A stretch of 64,000 bases of DNA from a virus (taxonomy: Duplodnaviria; Heunggongvirae; Uroviricota; Caudoviricetes), in IMG/VR virus record IMGVR_UViG_3300032322_001781, one strand, 5' to 3'. Under the pieces are notes generated by a model. That model was not told where the DNA came from and ran no database searches. It worked only from the letters and a program-made list of their open reading frames with translations. Of this stretch, positions 28,201-37,743 are shown in pieces. Numbering within the stretch: the first letter of the stretch is position 1; each line of letters begins with the position of its first letter. The translations under genes and the position numbers were made by a program.

Positions 28201-29467
28201 AACCCCAACACCAGTTGTTAAAAAACAAAACTTTGAAGTCAATACTAAAATAAGTAATAGATTCTATAATGAAGCTACGTATTTTGAAAAACTAAAACAA
28301 ACCGATAGTTTTGTTTTTGATTCGTTTAGAGAAAAAATAAGATATTTTCACCCAGCTTTTCACTCTATGACACCAGAGGGGTTAAATTCTAGATTAACCT
28401 TTTTACAACAATGTACAAGGCAAGGACCAACAACAGAGTCGTCTAATACCAATAATTTGGCCTTTGGTAGACCACCAATTTGTATTTTAAGAATTGGTGA
28501 CTTTTTCCATACTAAAGTGGTTATAGATAATCTATCAATTGATTACGAACCACTTGTTTGGGATTTAAATCCAGAAGGAATTGGTGTTCAACCAATGATA
28601 GCTAACGTAACGTTATCACTTAAAATTATTGGTGGTTCATCTCTTATTGGACCTATAAATAAATTACAAAACGCTTTGTCATTTAACTATTACGCAAATA
28701 CCCATGTTTACGACCCAAGAGCTGATTATATTGCAACAAAAGATGATTTAGTTGGTATTAACCCAGATACATATAAACCCAGTTATGATGCTGATAAAAA
28801 ATATGGTTTGGTAAATGGTGAAATAAACATAAATAAGTATAGTACTAGTTCAGTTGTTTCTGAAAAACAAATTGAACCAGAAATAAATCAAACTGAAGCG
28901 TGTGATGAAGAACTTGATGCAGCTGCTAAAAAAGCTCCATTGTCAACTCCAACAACTGGAACCACTGAACCTGAAATAACATCAGTTAAATATGTTAAAC
29001 TAGAACCTGTTGCTGGTGAAAATAATACTTATGACGTGACGATACTTTTAAATCAAAAAAATATATTTGATGAAAACGGTGACTTTATATTGGCTTCATT
29101 TGGAAATGACAATCAAAAGGCTATAGATTATTTTAATAAAGGTATTTCTTTTGTTTTATCACAACAAACACCACAAAGCAACGTTAGAAATTTAAGTGCG
29201 ACTGGAACAAACTTTTTCAATAACAAACTTATTAAATATACAAGTGATTTAGGTGAAACAGGTTTAAAAAGTTTATTTGTCCCAAACGCATTTGGATGCG
29301 ATTATTTTGATTACGAATGTGGTTATAAATATAGAATTCAAAATTTAGATTTAAGTGTTTTTACATATAATAACCAATTTACGTTTGAACTTAGGTATAA
29401 TGGTAAAAGAATCCAATTATTTAATTTCAACCTAAATTATAACGCAGTATCCATATATAATTCATAA
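25229..29467 (+). CDS. Large baseplate / tube-initiator-like protein with an inserted OmpA-like domain
   Basis: FNESASVNW...IGRGEPVYTYNNTERTASLSF and PPICILRIGD...IDNLSIDY..WD motifs of tube-initiator folds, split by a central insert. Confidence 0.6.
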   Translation: MAFPFYNTSAPSPSTKNSITNTATGLGYRDFLLNKNLLPQYPFLSTSINGGPRIGEPVLDTSINGNANVVPFGLPLETEGLLRYSIAILPNQYKDDEPTSPSLFDIEYIQKTQGVFGNVDFPQGIQSYPTTASQQVTQYGLFGKTNYAEFRKDLTLFNLYVDTAKQIDMADFISLQPAGFSQQLDSYLDVFGGLNGGGNAGVQAANIIGSILDGNGLGLAKGGVVTNYDVRASLVGRVLGATGLINDTKLGLIGGQQLALALANNAAFNIQEDLLGALNVEENVLSLIKTGNLSGFRPNYTITVPGSLGGRIADYTSRVLGFQVPISYLNEAGSIFLSESNSGNIERANSMILNTGKGQIQSLIANVNASLIGTTENDNPSTTPFRSGYVPGYLDNRGRKAINPNLYAFYDADKGTIYPFAIPDPNSIIPEISYNRSEMISEYDFQSPEENKDGFIAGQPNTTSTYDNRKISDISFSWGSFIGGNVNSNADYANINGNKKSLLVKTQKLFDSKGMKNIISVKGDKDKHSSQIETANNGMISKGSAVVSGDLYSEDGTIINKGATAENTYCRSWTTLDRYDTVSKMVRNSGLTETSKLFGDSYFRFKTVNSTLDSNGFVKIAPYIDDKYSVYDSKGNQTSISDPKNYMLSIENLAWYSQEANLPPVEVGPGDLITETKGRIMWFPPYNIQFNESASVNWEATNFIGRGEPVYTYNNTERTASLSFSIIVDHSSYMNSFRGALGPSDNYVASFVAGCVEPNNRFAERLTVSEISSIVEREVQEPQQQVLDTPIPDPLRFDIYYPNEAYDVNYAITSGYENGLDNNFNNGNSIIGTNRRDPPGLGYGLDFTIGQLTGIPYNDHTNFGFNSAEIVIDGVEYSGVSDINLYNGLSTYMNGKCKYCKITITSYANAQGTKENNQKLIEERNKSASNFLKTFIDGIDNRITTEVGILDPTEAELCTDINDDDIGPCKIYRVSRIVIEYDVNLAIQDKVTPTPVVKKQNFEVNTKISNRFYNEATYFEKLKQTDSFVFDSFREKIRYFHPAFHSMTPEGLNSRLTFLQQCTRQGPTTESSNTNNLAFGRPPICILRIGDFFHTKVVIDNLSIDYEPLVWDLNPEGIGVQPMIANVTLSLKIIGGSSLIGPINKLQNALSFNYYANTHVYDPRADYIATKDDLVGINPDTYKPSYDADKKYGLVNGEININKYSTSSVVSEKQIEPEINQTEACDEELDAAAKKAPLSTPTTGTTEPEITSVKYVKLEPVAGENNTYDVTILLNQKNIFDENGDFILASFGNDNQKAIDYFNKGISFVLSQQTPQSNVRNLSATGTNFFNNKLIKYTSDLGETGLKSLFVPNAFGCDYFDYECGYKYRIQNLDLSVFTYNNQFTFELRYNGKRIQLFNFNLNYNAVSIYNS

Positions 29468-29474
29468 AATAAAC

Positions 29475-29795
29475 ATGGCACAATATTTTGATAGATATGC
29501 TAACTTTAGAGAAAATGGTCAAATTAGACCATTACCAGGAATAACAATACCTAGAGTCGATAGCGACAAGCTTGCGGTTTATAAAAAAGGTGTTAGTAGA
29601 CTTGACAAAATAAGCAACACATATTATAATAACCCATACAGTGGTTGGTTGATATTATTGGCGAATCCTCAATTTGGTGGGTTGGAGTTTAATATCCCAG
29701 ACATGTCACCAATAAGGGTTCCTTTTCCGTATGACAATGCTGTTCAAAGATATATAAACGAAGTTAAAACATATACTCTACTTTATGGCCAATAG
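29475..29795 (+). CDS. Baseplate wedge protein, gp53/LysM-like
   Basis: RLDKISNTYYNNPYSGWLILLANP...IRVP motif. Confidence 0.8.
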   Translation: MAQYFDRYANFRENGQIRPLPGITIPRVDSDKLAVYKKGVSRLDKISNTYYNNPYSGWLILLANPQFGGLEFNIPDMSPIRVPFPYDNAVQRYINEVKTYTLLYGQ

Positions 29796-32700
29796 ATTAA
29801 ATAATCAATACATAGTTGACCCAAATAGTTTTAACGGGCAAAACTCAAGCTCTAATTTTTTTGTTCCTAATGAAGATTTGACAATTTTTGTTGAATTAAC
29901 CACAGAAAAAAAAGGTAGGACTCTTCTTACAAAAAAAGCGGTTGCCAACAGTGTAGAAAGCAATAAAGGAATTAAAATAAATTTTATCCAAGGTGAAAGT
30001 TTTGGTAGCAAACGTTTTTTAACAACAAAATTTACAGAATTAACAACTAGTTTTGAGAATAAAAATTCAAATGAAAATTTAGGAATTACATCTATAGATA
30101 TAGATTTTAATTCTTCTTTTGCACCGATGATAACAATTCAATTTATTGATGTTAGAGGTAGTGCTATTTTTCAAAATGAAGATAAAACAGCTAACAATGA
30201 AAATGATTATTCTGTTTTCTTCCAACTACCATACCCATTATATAGATTAAAAATAAAAGGGTATTATGGTCAACCAGTGCAATATTGTTTGCACATGACA
30301 AAATTCACATCTAGATTTAATTCACAAACTGGAAATTTTGAAATAACTGCCAGCTTTGTAGGATATACATATGCGATGTTATCAGATATGTTAATCGGTT
30401 ATTTAAAAGCTATAGAATATACAAATTTAGGTCGTGACAAATATAAAGAATTAAAAGACGAAGACCCAAAATTAATAACGTTGGATGGATTATATGATAA
30501 AATATCTAAAATAAATGATGGTGTTGGTAGGATTCTATCTAACAGCGAGGAATATAGTCAACTTAAGCTAGCTGAAACCAAGATAGGTATTATTACCGAT
30601 ATAAGAGGCACAATACAAAATTTTAGTGAAACTGTCGATATAAATAAAAAATCAAGCACATATGATTTTGCTATTATAGACCCAACAAATAAAGATTATG
30701 AAAAAGCGGCAACAACATATAGAGAATCTATTAACCAACTAGTTGATACATTTAACGAAAACAATGATATACAATTAGATAAAAATGAGTTTATAAATAT
30801 AAAAAAATATGATAAATTAACTTTAAAGATTTTATCAGATTCAACTAACAATTACTCTGAAGCTAATAAAAAACTAATAAGCTCAACAAACCCAGAAGAA
30901 ACAAGAAAAAGTTTGCTTTCTTATATTAACAACAACAATTACGGTTTGCAAGACACTTTTGAATTTAATGTTGTTGACAATACAAATCTTTTTAAACAAT
31001 TAAACGATAAACTTACAAAAATAGATTCTGACATTGAATCCACTAAAAAGAACTTGGCCAAAGGGTTAAGTTTAGAAGTTAAATCAGAATTAGATTTTGA
31101 CCCTTCTATACGAAACATAATTAAAATATTTACAGCTGCTGCTGAGGTTTTTATGTATTGTATATACGAAGTTTCAAAAAAAGCAATAGACGATTTAGAT
31201 GGAAATAGAACTACAGAACTAAAAAGAGCTTTTACAAACCCTGAATTATTATCTGATTTACCATACAAATCTGTTGAAAATAATGGAGTTAATATTTTAA
31301 TACCACAATATTATCCATGGCCAGAGTATAGAAGAGAAACAGATAATGTTTTAGAAGAAGCTTATTTAGGTGAAACTGGTGTTTTAGTCGACCCAAATAA
31401 TGTACCTGAATTGTTTTTCATAAATGATTTGTTAAAGGCTTTTATAAAACAGGCTCAAACACAAAATGACATGGATAGATTAGCCGAAGCTCTAAAATCT
31501 AACTGGGTTCCATCAAATCCTTTAGACACAAGAGTTTTCGGAAATCAATTAGCACCATATAGTAGAATTAACCCAAAAACAAAAGATGAGCTTTTGGTTT
31601 TGGTTTTAATAAGGGCAGCAACGTTTTTAGGCATTACAAACAATGAAAATACATTGACATCTGATGAAATAATACAAATGGCTAATCAAGAAGCCCAAGC
31701 TGTGATGACCGATACACCAAATAAAGCAACCGTTGTTCAGTCATTATCTCAATTAAGCTCAGGTGCAACAAGTGTAATCAAGACAACCAAAGGATTAATC
31801 AACAACGAAAATTCGTCAATTTTTGTCGAAGAAAATGGAAATTATCGTTATAGATATATTTTACCAAAAAATATAGATAAATATTTTCCAATAAATGAAG
31901 GGTTTTACGAAGCTGAGTGGCCAACTAATTTGACACAATTAAAAGATAAACAACAAAACGGTAGTTTATTTTTAGGTAATCGTTATTTTTATGAAACACC
32001 AACAAATCCAACTTCTTCAATTGATGATGGTTCAATATATCTTAAAATTGTAAAAAAAGAAACATATGTTAATGATGCTGCAAACTATTCTTTACCAACT
32101 AATTTAAACACAGAATCAGTAATAGACCTAGAAAAATTAAAAAATATAGAAGATAATATTGATAGTGTTGGTTTTAATTGTTTTGGTGGGTTGTATGGTA
32201 TACAAGAATTTAGTAAATTAAATTGGGGTGATGATAATTTAAATGGTTTATCACTTAGTACATTATTTTATTCAGACTCAATTGACACAGGTAAAGGCGT
32301 TTTTGCAAATGGTCTTGGCTACTTTAGGTCTGCTTCAAATCAACAAAATCAAAGCCAACCAACATCTTCGCAATTTGATGTAAAACCATCTAAATACAAA
32401 GTTTCTAATAAAATAGGAAACATAATCGATATGTTTACCGAACCTAGTAAAATGTTACACAAAGATTTTGGAAAAACAATAGAATTAACTGCCAAGCAAG
32501 TTAAGGAAGGTCAAGGAAATATATCATATCCATATATACATTTTGGTGTTTGTGTGGGAAAAATTACTGATTCTATTTATTTATCCCAAAATACTTTTGT
32601 AAATAACGGTATCTTATCTGATGAAATAGTTCCGATTAGTTTGTTTGGTAGTAGACTATATTATGGTCAAAAGTCTGAACAAGCTAAAGCTTTTTTATTT

Positions 32701-35484
32701 TTACACACATTACCATGGAATGGGTTAATAACAAAAACAAATGAGCTATCTCTTTCAACTAGAAATGGTACAATTTTTCAATATGATGAATCAGAAAATT
32801 TAATTTTTGGTGTAAAAGATAGTGAAATATTAAATTTATTTAAATACAGAGCTGGATTTGTATACGTTCCAAAATTATGGGCTGCTTTTGTTGGTGGTTT
32901 GCTTTGGAGAAATGACAGTCAAATTGACCCAATTACTTTTTTTGATGGAACTTCATTGATACCAACATTTGGAAATAAATCACCACTGACAGACCCAAAT
33001 ATATATCCAAAAAAAGATGAATATTTGACTTTTAGTGAATTTACTGTTTTAGGAATCCCAATAGATGATAAATTACAAAAATTTCAAGGTATGCCTATGT
33101 CATTCATTAACAAAGATTCATATTTTTTTGATTATAAAAAAATAGATGAAGTTTTATTGAAATTACCAAATCAAGCAAAAGAAGAATTTAAAAATTTCTT
33201 TTTAGATTTTGTTAATAGTGATGACTGGAATGCAATTAAGTCTGAATTAGAATTAACCACACAAGGCACTTGGGCGCAAACTTATCAAGCAGCGACTACT
33301 TTAAATGGCGGTGTTTTAACACAAACTGGTGACGAATTTTTCGTAAACACAACCAACATGAAACAACTTTATGGTGATAATTTTGATAACTATGTTATTT
33401 TTAACCCATACTTATCACTTAATTTTAAAGACAATTATTTTTTGGAAATAAAAGATGATGCCGCTGTTACAAAAACTTTGACTAGTGTTTTACAAAAAGA
33501 AGTCATCGTGTCAAACATGTCATATAGAATATGGGATAAACAAAATCTACTAGTAAATCAAAATAATGTAAGTAATGTTGTTATATCAAAAGAAAATGCT
33601 GAGTTATATGTCAATACTTTTTTAGAAAATTTTAAAGGTATGGAACCTATAACCGAGGAACAACAAAAAAAAGAAATTAAAAATAGTATATTTGGTACTG
33701 CTGATGATAATTTGATAAAATTTATGTTATACCGAACATGTAAAAACATGTATGATAAATGGGTGTCTCAATCAGAAGATGGTGATAGTGTTTTTTTTCA
33801 ATGTGGTGTAAGGAATGAAACGGATTCAAAATTGGCCAAAAAAAGAACTGATTCTGATTCTGTAAAACCTCGATTAATAGATAGTTTCAGATTTGTAAGT
33901 AGGTCTTTTGAAGATATTGGTGATAGATTTGCGGTTAATCCTTTTCCTATACATGATATAATGAAGACGCAACCAAACACTAGTTTGTATGATATGGTTA
34001 CACAGATTCTATCATCCAATAATTTTGATTTTATTGCATTGCCGTCTTTTATAAATTATAGACAATCAGAAAAAGTTCAGAGTATTTTTACACCTTACCC
34101 AACATATAGAGATAGTGATGTTGGTGGTCCTTCATTTATTTGTATGTATGCTGGTCAATCATCGAAACACTTAGATTTTAAAGGTTCAAATTACCCAAAC
34201 GATGGTTTTGATATTAAAGTAGGTGAATCGCTATTAACTGATGTACCTAAAGATTTTACAAGCCTTATGAATGATTACGAAGACCCAACTGTTTTTTTTA
34301 GAGTAAGGTTTGGACAACAAAATCAAAATATTTTTAAAGATATTACTTTAGACCAAAGTGAATTTGCCGAAACAGCAGAGTCTTTACAAATAATGGATGA
34401 CATATCTCAAAAAGGTGCTGAAACATACAGAACTTTAGCTGGTCAAAATATTTACAATGTTTATTCTACTAGAAGTTATAAGGTTGAAGTTGAAATGATG
34501 GGTAATGCTATGATTCAACCAATGATGTATTTTCAATTGGAAAATATACCAATGTTTCATGGTGCTTATGTTATTACTAAAGTTAAACATAGTATAAAAC
34601 CTAATCATATGACTACTAGTTTTACAGGTAGTAGATTAAGGAAACCAGTAACTCCAATATTTGAAGCTGGTGATTTATATATGTCATTGATTGATACTAT
34701 AGATGCTGCAAATATAAACCCTTCAGAAGCAACTAGACCGTTAGGTTCATTAGGTGGTTGGGTTCAACCAACAGAATCATTTAAATGCGGTGATTTTAAT
34801 GTTGGCTCAATTAAAACTGATTTAGCATTAAATGATACTTTGGTTCCTAAATTAACCGCTACAAAACCAATAAGAGATTTGGTAGCAAATGTTGAAAGCG
34901 GGAGCAAAAGTTATGATGCTTATAACACAGGAAATGCTGGTAGCTCTGGCATTAAAAATTACAAACCATCAACATTTACTATTAAACAAATAATGGATTT
35001 ACAAAATTTACCAAAAGGAAACGAAGACAGGATTTTTGCTGTTGGAAAATACCAATTAATACCAGAAACATTTAAAGCTATGGTTGAAAATTTAGGTTTT
35101 TCTAAAAATGACATTTTTAATTCAGAAAAACAAGAAAAAGCTGGTATTTGGTTAATAATTGATGGTGCTGGTTATAGAAAAGGTTTAATAAATTATTTTA
35201 AAGGCGATGGCAATGAATTAGATTTACAAAAAGCAATAACAGATTTAGCTTTAGAGTTTGCGTCTATGCCAACATATTTTGGTCCTAATGTAGATATTGC
35301 CAAAAAATACCAAAATGGTGGTGGTTATTATCAAATAACTTCTTTGTATGGTGATGTTGCAAATAATTCAGCTAGTGCTAAATTTTGTGCTTTAGACGTA
35401 GCTAAAGCTTTAATTAAAACGTGGGAAAATTTAAATCCAAATAAAAAAATAAAATTTAGTTATGAAAATGCTAAAAATAGATAA
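29785..35484 (+). CDS. Baseplate hub protein with C-terminal lysozyme-like muramidase
   Basis: Hub-like VEMMGNAMIQPMMYFQL..GAYVITKVKHSI; C-terminal VESG..YDAYN..TIKQIM..AVGKYQLIPET..FNSEKQE resembles lambda-lysozyme/GH104-like enzymes. Confidence 0.7.
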   Translation: MANRLNNQYIVDPNSFNGQNSSSNFFVPNEDLTIFVELTTEKKGRTLLTKKAVANSVESNKGIKINFIQGESFGSKRFLTTKFTELTTSFENKNSNENLGITSIDIDFNSSFAPMITIQFIDVRGSAIFQNEDKTANNENDYSVFFQLPYPLYRLKIKGYYGQPVQYCLHMTKFTSRFNSQTGNFEITASFVGYTYAMLSDMLIGYLKAIEYTNLGRDKYKELKDEDPKLITLDGLYDKISKINDGVGRILSNSEEYSQLKLAETKIGIITDIRGTIQNFSETVDINKKSSTYDFAIIDPTNKDYEKAATTYRESINQLVDTFNENNDIQLDKNEFINIKKYDKLTLKILSDSTNNYSEANKKLISSTNPEETRKSLLSYINNNNYGLQDTFEFNVVDNTNLFKQLNDKLTKIDSDIESTKKNLAKGLSLEVKSELDFDPSIRNIIKIFTAAAEVFMYCIYEVSKKAIDDLDGNRTTELKRAFTNPELLSDLPYKSVENNGVNILIPQYYPWPEYRRETDNVLEEAYLGETGVLVDPNNVPELFFINDLLKAFIKQAQTQNDMDRLAEALKSNWVPSNPLDTRVFGNQLAPYSRINPKTKDELLVLVLIRAATFLGITNNENTLTSDEIIQMANQEAQAVMTDTPNKATVVQSLSQLSSGATSVIKTTKGLINNENSSIFVEENGNYRYRYILPKNIDKYFPINEGFYEAEWPTNLTQLKDKQQNGSLFLGNRYFYETPTNPTSSIDDGSIYLKIVKKETYVNDAANYSLPTNLNTESVIDLEKLKNIEDNIDSVGFNCFGGLYGIQEFSKLNWGDDNLNGLSLSTLFYSDSIDTGKGVFANGLGYFRSASNQQNQSQPTSSQFDVKPSKYKVSNKIGNIIDMFTEPSKMLHKDFGKTIELTAKQVKEGQGNISYPYIHFGVCVGKITDSIYLSQNTFVNNGILSDEIVPISLFGSRLYYGQKSEQAKAFLFLHTLPWNGLITKTNELSLSTRNGTIFQYDESENLIFGVKDSEILNLFKYRAGFVYVPKLWAAFVGGLLWRNDSQIDPITFFDGTSLIPTFGNKSPLTDPNIYPKKDEYLTFSEFTVLGIPIDDKLQKFQGMPMSFINKDSYFFDYKKIDEVLLKLPNQAKEEFKNFFLDFVNSDDWNAIKSELELTTQGTWAQTYQAATTLNGGVLTQTGDEFFVNTTNMKQLYGDNFDNYVIFNPYLSLNFKDNYFLEIKDDAAVTKTLTSVLQKEVIVSNMSYRIWDKQNLLVNQNNVSNVVISKENAELYVNTFLENFKGMEPITEEQQKKEIKNSIFGTADDNLIKFMLYRTCKNMYDKWVSQSEDGDSVFFQCGVRNETDSKLAKKRTDSDSVKPRLIDSFRFVSRSFEDIGDRFAVNPFPIHDIMKTQPNTSLYDMVTQILSSNNFDFIALPSFINYRQSEKVQSIFTPYPTYRDSDVGGPSFICMYAGQSSKHLDFKGSNYPNDGFDIKVGESLLTDVPKDFTSLMNDYEDPTVFFRVRFGQQNQNIFKDITLDQSEFAETAESLQIMDDISQKGAETYRTLAGQNIYNVYSTRSYKVEVEMMGNAMIQPMMYFQLENIPMFHGAYVITKVKHSIKPNHMTTSFTGSRLRKPVTPIFEAGDLYMSLIDTIDAANINPSEATRPLGSLGGWVQPTESFKCGDFNVGSIKTDLALNDTLVPKLTATKPIRDLVANVESGSKSYDAYNTGNAGSSGIKNYKPSTFTIKQIMDLQNLPKGNEDRIFAVGKYQLIPETFKAMVENLGFSKNDIFNSEKQEKAGIWLIIDGAGYRKGLINYFKGDGNELDLQKAITDLALEFASMPTYFGPNVDIAKKYQNGGGYYQITSLYGDVANNSASAKFCALDVAKALIKTWENLNPNKKIKFSYENAKNR

Positions 35485-35511
35485 TAAATTTTTTTATAAT
35501 GTTTTTTTTAA

Positions 35512-35519
35512 TACCTTTG
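35512..35519 (+). promoter_or_regulatory. Bacteroidota -7 promoter element
   Basis: TACCTTTG matches TAnnTTTG just before ATG 35526; no clear -33 element. Confidence 0.5.
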
Positions 35520-35525
35520 CGTGAT

Positions 35526-36161
35526 ATGGTGGCCAATATAGTTACAACAACCAAGGTAAATGTACCAGATGACTTTAACATCGTTAACTCAATTGATTCT
35601 ATTATAAGTGGTTTACCAACGCTTATAGTAGGCTATGATTACGTATCAAAACAATATCCAGATTTTGACATAACTGATGTTAAGCTTGATGATAATTTTT
35701 ATTGGACATTTAAAAGAACCGAAAAAAGGGATAAACATGATGAAGATTTGGTTTGGTTTGTGAATAAAGTCTATAAAGAATTTACAGATAAGGTTGTTTA
35801 TGTGTTTGTTGACCCTATTCAATATAGGGGCAAAACAATGGTTAAGATAATAAGAAAAATAAAGTCTTTACCAAACATAGTAACATACGAACATGGTGAG
35901 ATGTTGTATCTTTATTCTGAAAATTTTATATTTGGTATTGATTTAAAGTTATTAAAATATATTGGCTTTGACTCAGGCAAAATAAAAGATAAGATAAAAG
36001 CCAGCAGTAATGTATTTTTGGGGGAAAACGAGATACTTATAGAATATAAAAAATGCATAAATTATCTAAACGGTAATATTAGATTTGCACCATACTTATA
36101 TTCTATAAAAAATGGACAAAACGATTCTTCTAGCGTCATTCATATTCCCAGAGAGAATTGA
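35526..36161 (+). CDS. Hypothetical protein
   Basis: ORF-track 35499..36161; start moved to ATG 35526, downstream of the -7 element. Confidence 0.6.
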   Translation: MVANIVTTTKVNVPDDFNIVNSIDSIISGLPTLIVGYDYVSKQYPDFDITDVKLDDNFYWTFKRTEKRDKHDEDLVWFVNKVYKEFTDKVVYVFVDPIQYRGKTMVKIIRKIKSLPNIVTYEHGEMLYLYSENFIFGIDLKLLKYIGFDSGKIKDKIKASSNVFLGENEILIEYKKCINYLNGNIRFAPYLYSIKNGQNDSSSVIHIPREN

Positions 36162-36513
36162 TTGGTTTATTAGTTATTTGGAAGCCAAATTTTCAATAAC
36201 GAAGGATAAGGTTTTTTGTTACAAAAATTTAGATGATGAATCAAAGGTAATAATGACATTTAAATTTAAGGTAGATAAAGACAAAAAAATAAACTTAAAA
36301 GATTTATTTCCAAACGCAGTACCTATTCATAAGAAAGGTAACGCCCTATACACTATAAATGCGTTAAACAAATTGATTGATTTAAAAGTCGGTGTAGATA
36401 ATGGAAATATTGATTATAAGTCCTATAAAATTGATTGGTCAGAATATCAAGATAAGATTATTTTATTAAATGGTCAAGAACTAGGGGTTTTCAATATTCA
36501 GAGGATTTTTTAA
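36112..36513 (+). CDS. Hypothetical protein
   Basis: 133-aa ORF containing IHKKGNALYTINALNKLI; TACTTAT variant upstream inside the previous gene. Confidence 0.65.
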   Translation: MDKTILLASFIFPERIDWFISYLEAKFSITKDKVFCYKNLDDESKVIMTFKFKVDKDKKINLKDLFPNAVPIHKKGNALYTINALNKLIDLKVGVDNGNIDYKSYKIDWSEYQDKIILLNGQELGVFNIQRIF

Positions 36514-36544
36514 TACATTTGAGATATTTATATTAAAGATAACA

Positions 36545-36766
36545 ATGTTAAAAACGAAAGTTATGGAAAATTCAAATAAAAAACTTGACCAAACTAAAAA
36601 AAAATCTGAAGACCTTATAAATGCTCTAGATTCAATGTTGGAAAACAATCAAGACTCAAATCTAGATTGCAGTTCTGGTGTTTGCATTATAAAAGGTGAT
36701 AAGAGTATTGTTGAAAGAATCAACAAGAAAATAATAACAGAAGATGGAAGACAATTATTATTCTAA
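36545..36766 (+). CDS. Small late hypothetical protein
   Basis: CSSGVC motif, ends IITEDGRQLLF; late motif upstream; start may be 36563. Confidence 0.6.
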   Translation: MLKTKVMENSNKKLDQTKKKSEDLINALDSMLENNQDSNLDCSSGVCIIKGDKSIVERINKKIITEDGRQLLF

Positions 36767-37536
36767 TGAAAAAAACTAAATTTGACGTTAATTTATTAAA
36801 AGAAGAACAAAATAGGTTTAAACTTTTGTTGGAATACGACTTTTATCAAGAGAAGAAAGAAATTCCAGAATTCAAAAACCTAATTCTAGGGGATACTATG
36901 GATGAAGCCGAAGAAGAACCAACTGATTTAGCTCCAGAAGACGAAATAGGTGCTGCTGCCGATAATGTTGCGTCTGACCTAGGTGTAGATGAACCATCTG
37001 GTGATGAAGAAATTACAGATTTGCCAGATGAGGAGGCTCCAGCTGAAGAACAACCATCTGATGAAGAAGCTCCAGCTGAAGAACAACCATCTGATGAAGT
37101 AGAAGTTGATGTAACATCTATTGTTAAAGGTTCCGAAGAGGCTAAAAAAGCGGCTGATGCTGCGACAAAAAATACCGAAATGTTGCTTCAAAAATTAGCT
37201 GACTTAGAATCACGTGTTGCTAATATGACTGACATTACCAATAAAATAGAAGGGTTAGAACAAGAAATAATAAAAAGAAACCCAACACCAGTTGAAAAAT
37301 TGGAAATGAGGTCTCTTCATTCATACCCTTTTAATCAAAAATTAAGTGATTATTGGGCTGATAAAGAAGGTATGTATGATGTCATGGGTACGTCTAATAA
37401 ACCAAAAGAATATGTTTTAACAAAGGGTGATGTAGACTCTACTTATAGTGATGCATCAGTAAAAAAATCGTTTTCAATTCCAGAAAATCCGTATACTGAG
37501 GATGACCTTCCAGATTATGAAGAAGAAGAAATTTAA
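36766..37536 (+). CDS. Acidic coiled-coil protein, possibly prohead core/scaffold-like
   Basis: Highly acidic linker, coiled coil LLQKLADLESRV, L-x-E sites; TAATG coupling. Confidence 0.5.
   Translation: MKKTKFDVNLLKEEQNRFKLLLEYDFYQEKKEIPEFKNLILGDTMDEAEEEPTDLAPEDEIGAAADNVASDLGVDEPSGDEEITDLPDEEAPAEEQPSDEEAPAEEQPSDEVEVDVTSIVKGSEEAKKAADAATKNTEMLLQKLADLESRVANMTDITNKIEGLEQEIIKRNPTPVEKLEMRSLHSYPFNQKLSDYWADKEGMYDVMGTSNKPKEYVLTKGDVDSTYSDASVKKSFSIPENPYTEDDLPDYEEEEI
37036..37099 (+). repeat. 33-bp tandem duplication encoding APAEEQPSDEE
   Basis: GCTCCAGCTGAAGAACAACCATCTGATGAAG occurs at 37036 and 37069. Confidence 0.85.
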
Positions 37537-37537
37537 A

Positions 37538-37566
37538 TAAAGGCCCCTTTTTTTGGGGCTTTTTTT
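37538..37566 (+). terminator. Intrinsic terminator
   Basis: AAAGGCCCC-T7-GGGGCTTTTTTT. Confidence 0.75.
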
Positions 37567-37584
37567 ATTTTTGTGTGTGACTAC

Positions 37585-37688
37585 TTGCATGATTTAAAAA
37601 AGTGTAGTATATTTGCATTTATAAGCTTAAAATACTAGGAAAACGGATAAAATTATGCTTGACTTTTTCAGTATTTTTAGTATATTTG
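37585..37688 (+). promoter_or_regulatory. Two tandem Bacteroidota sigma70 promoters upstream of the SSB / replication cluster
   Basis: TTG(37585)-N20-TATATTTG(37608) and TTG(37659)-N19-TATATTTG(37681). Confidence 0.75.
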
Positions 37689-37743
37689 TAGTATAAAAAA
37701 AGAGTAAAAAATAACATCTATATAAATTTAAAAACAAACAAAA

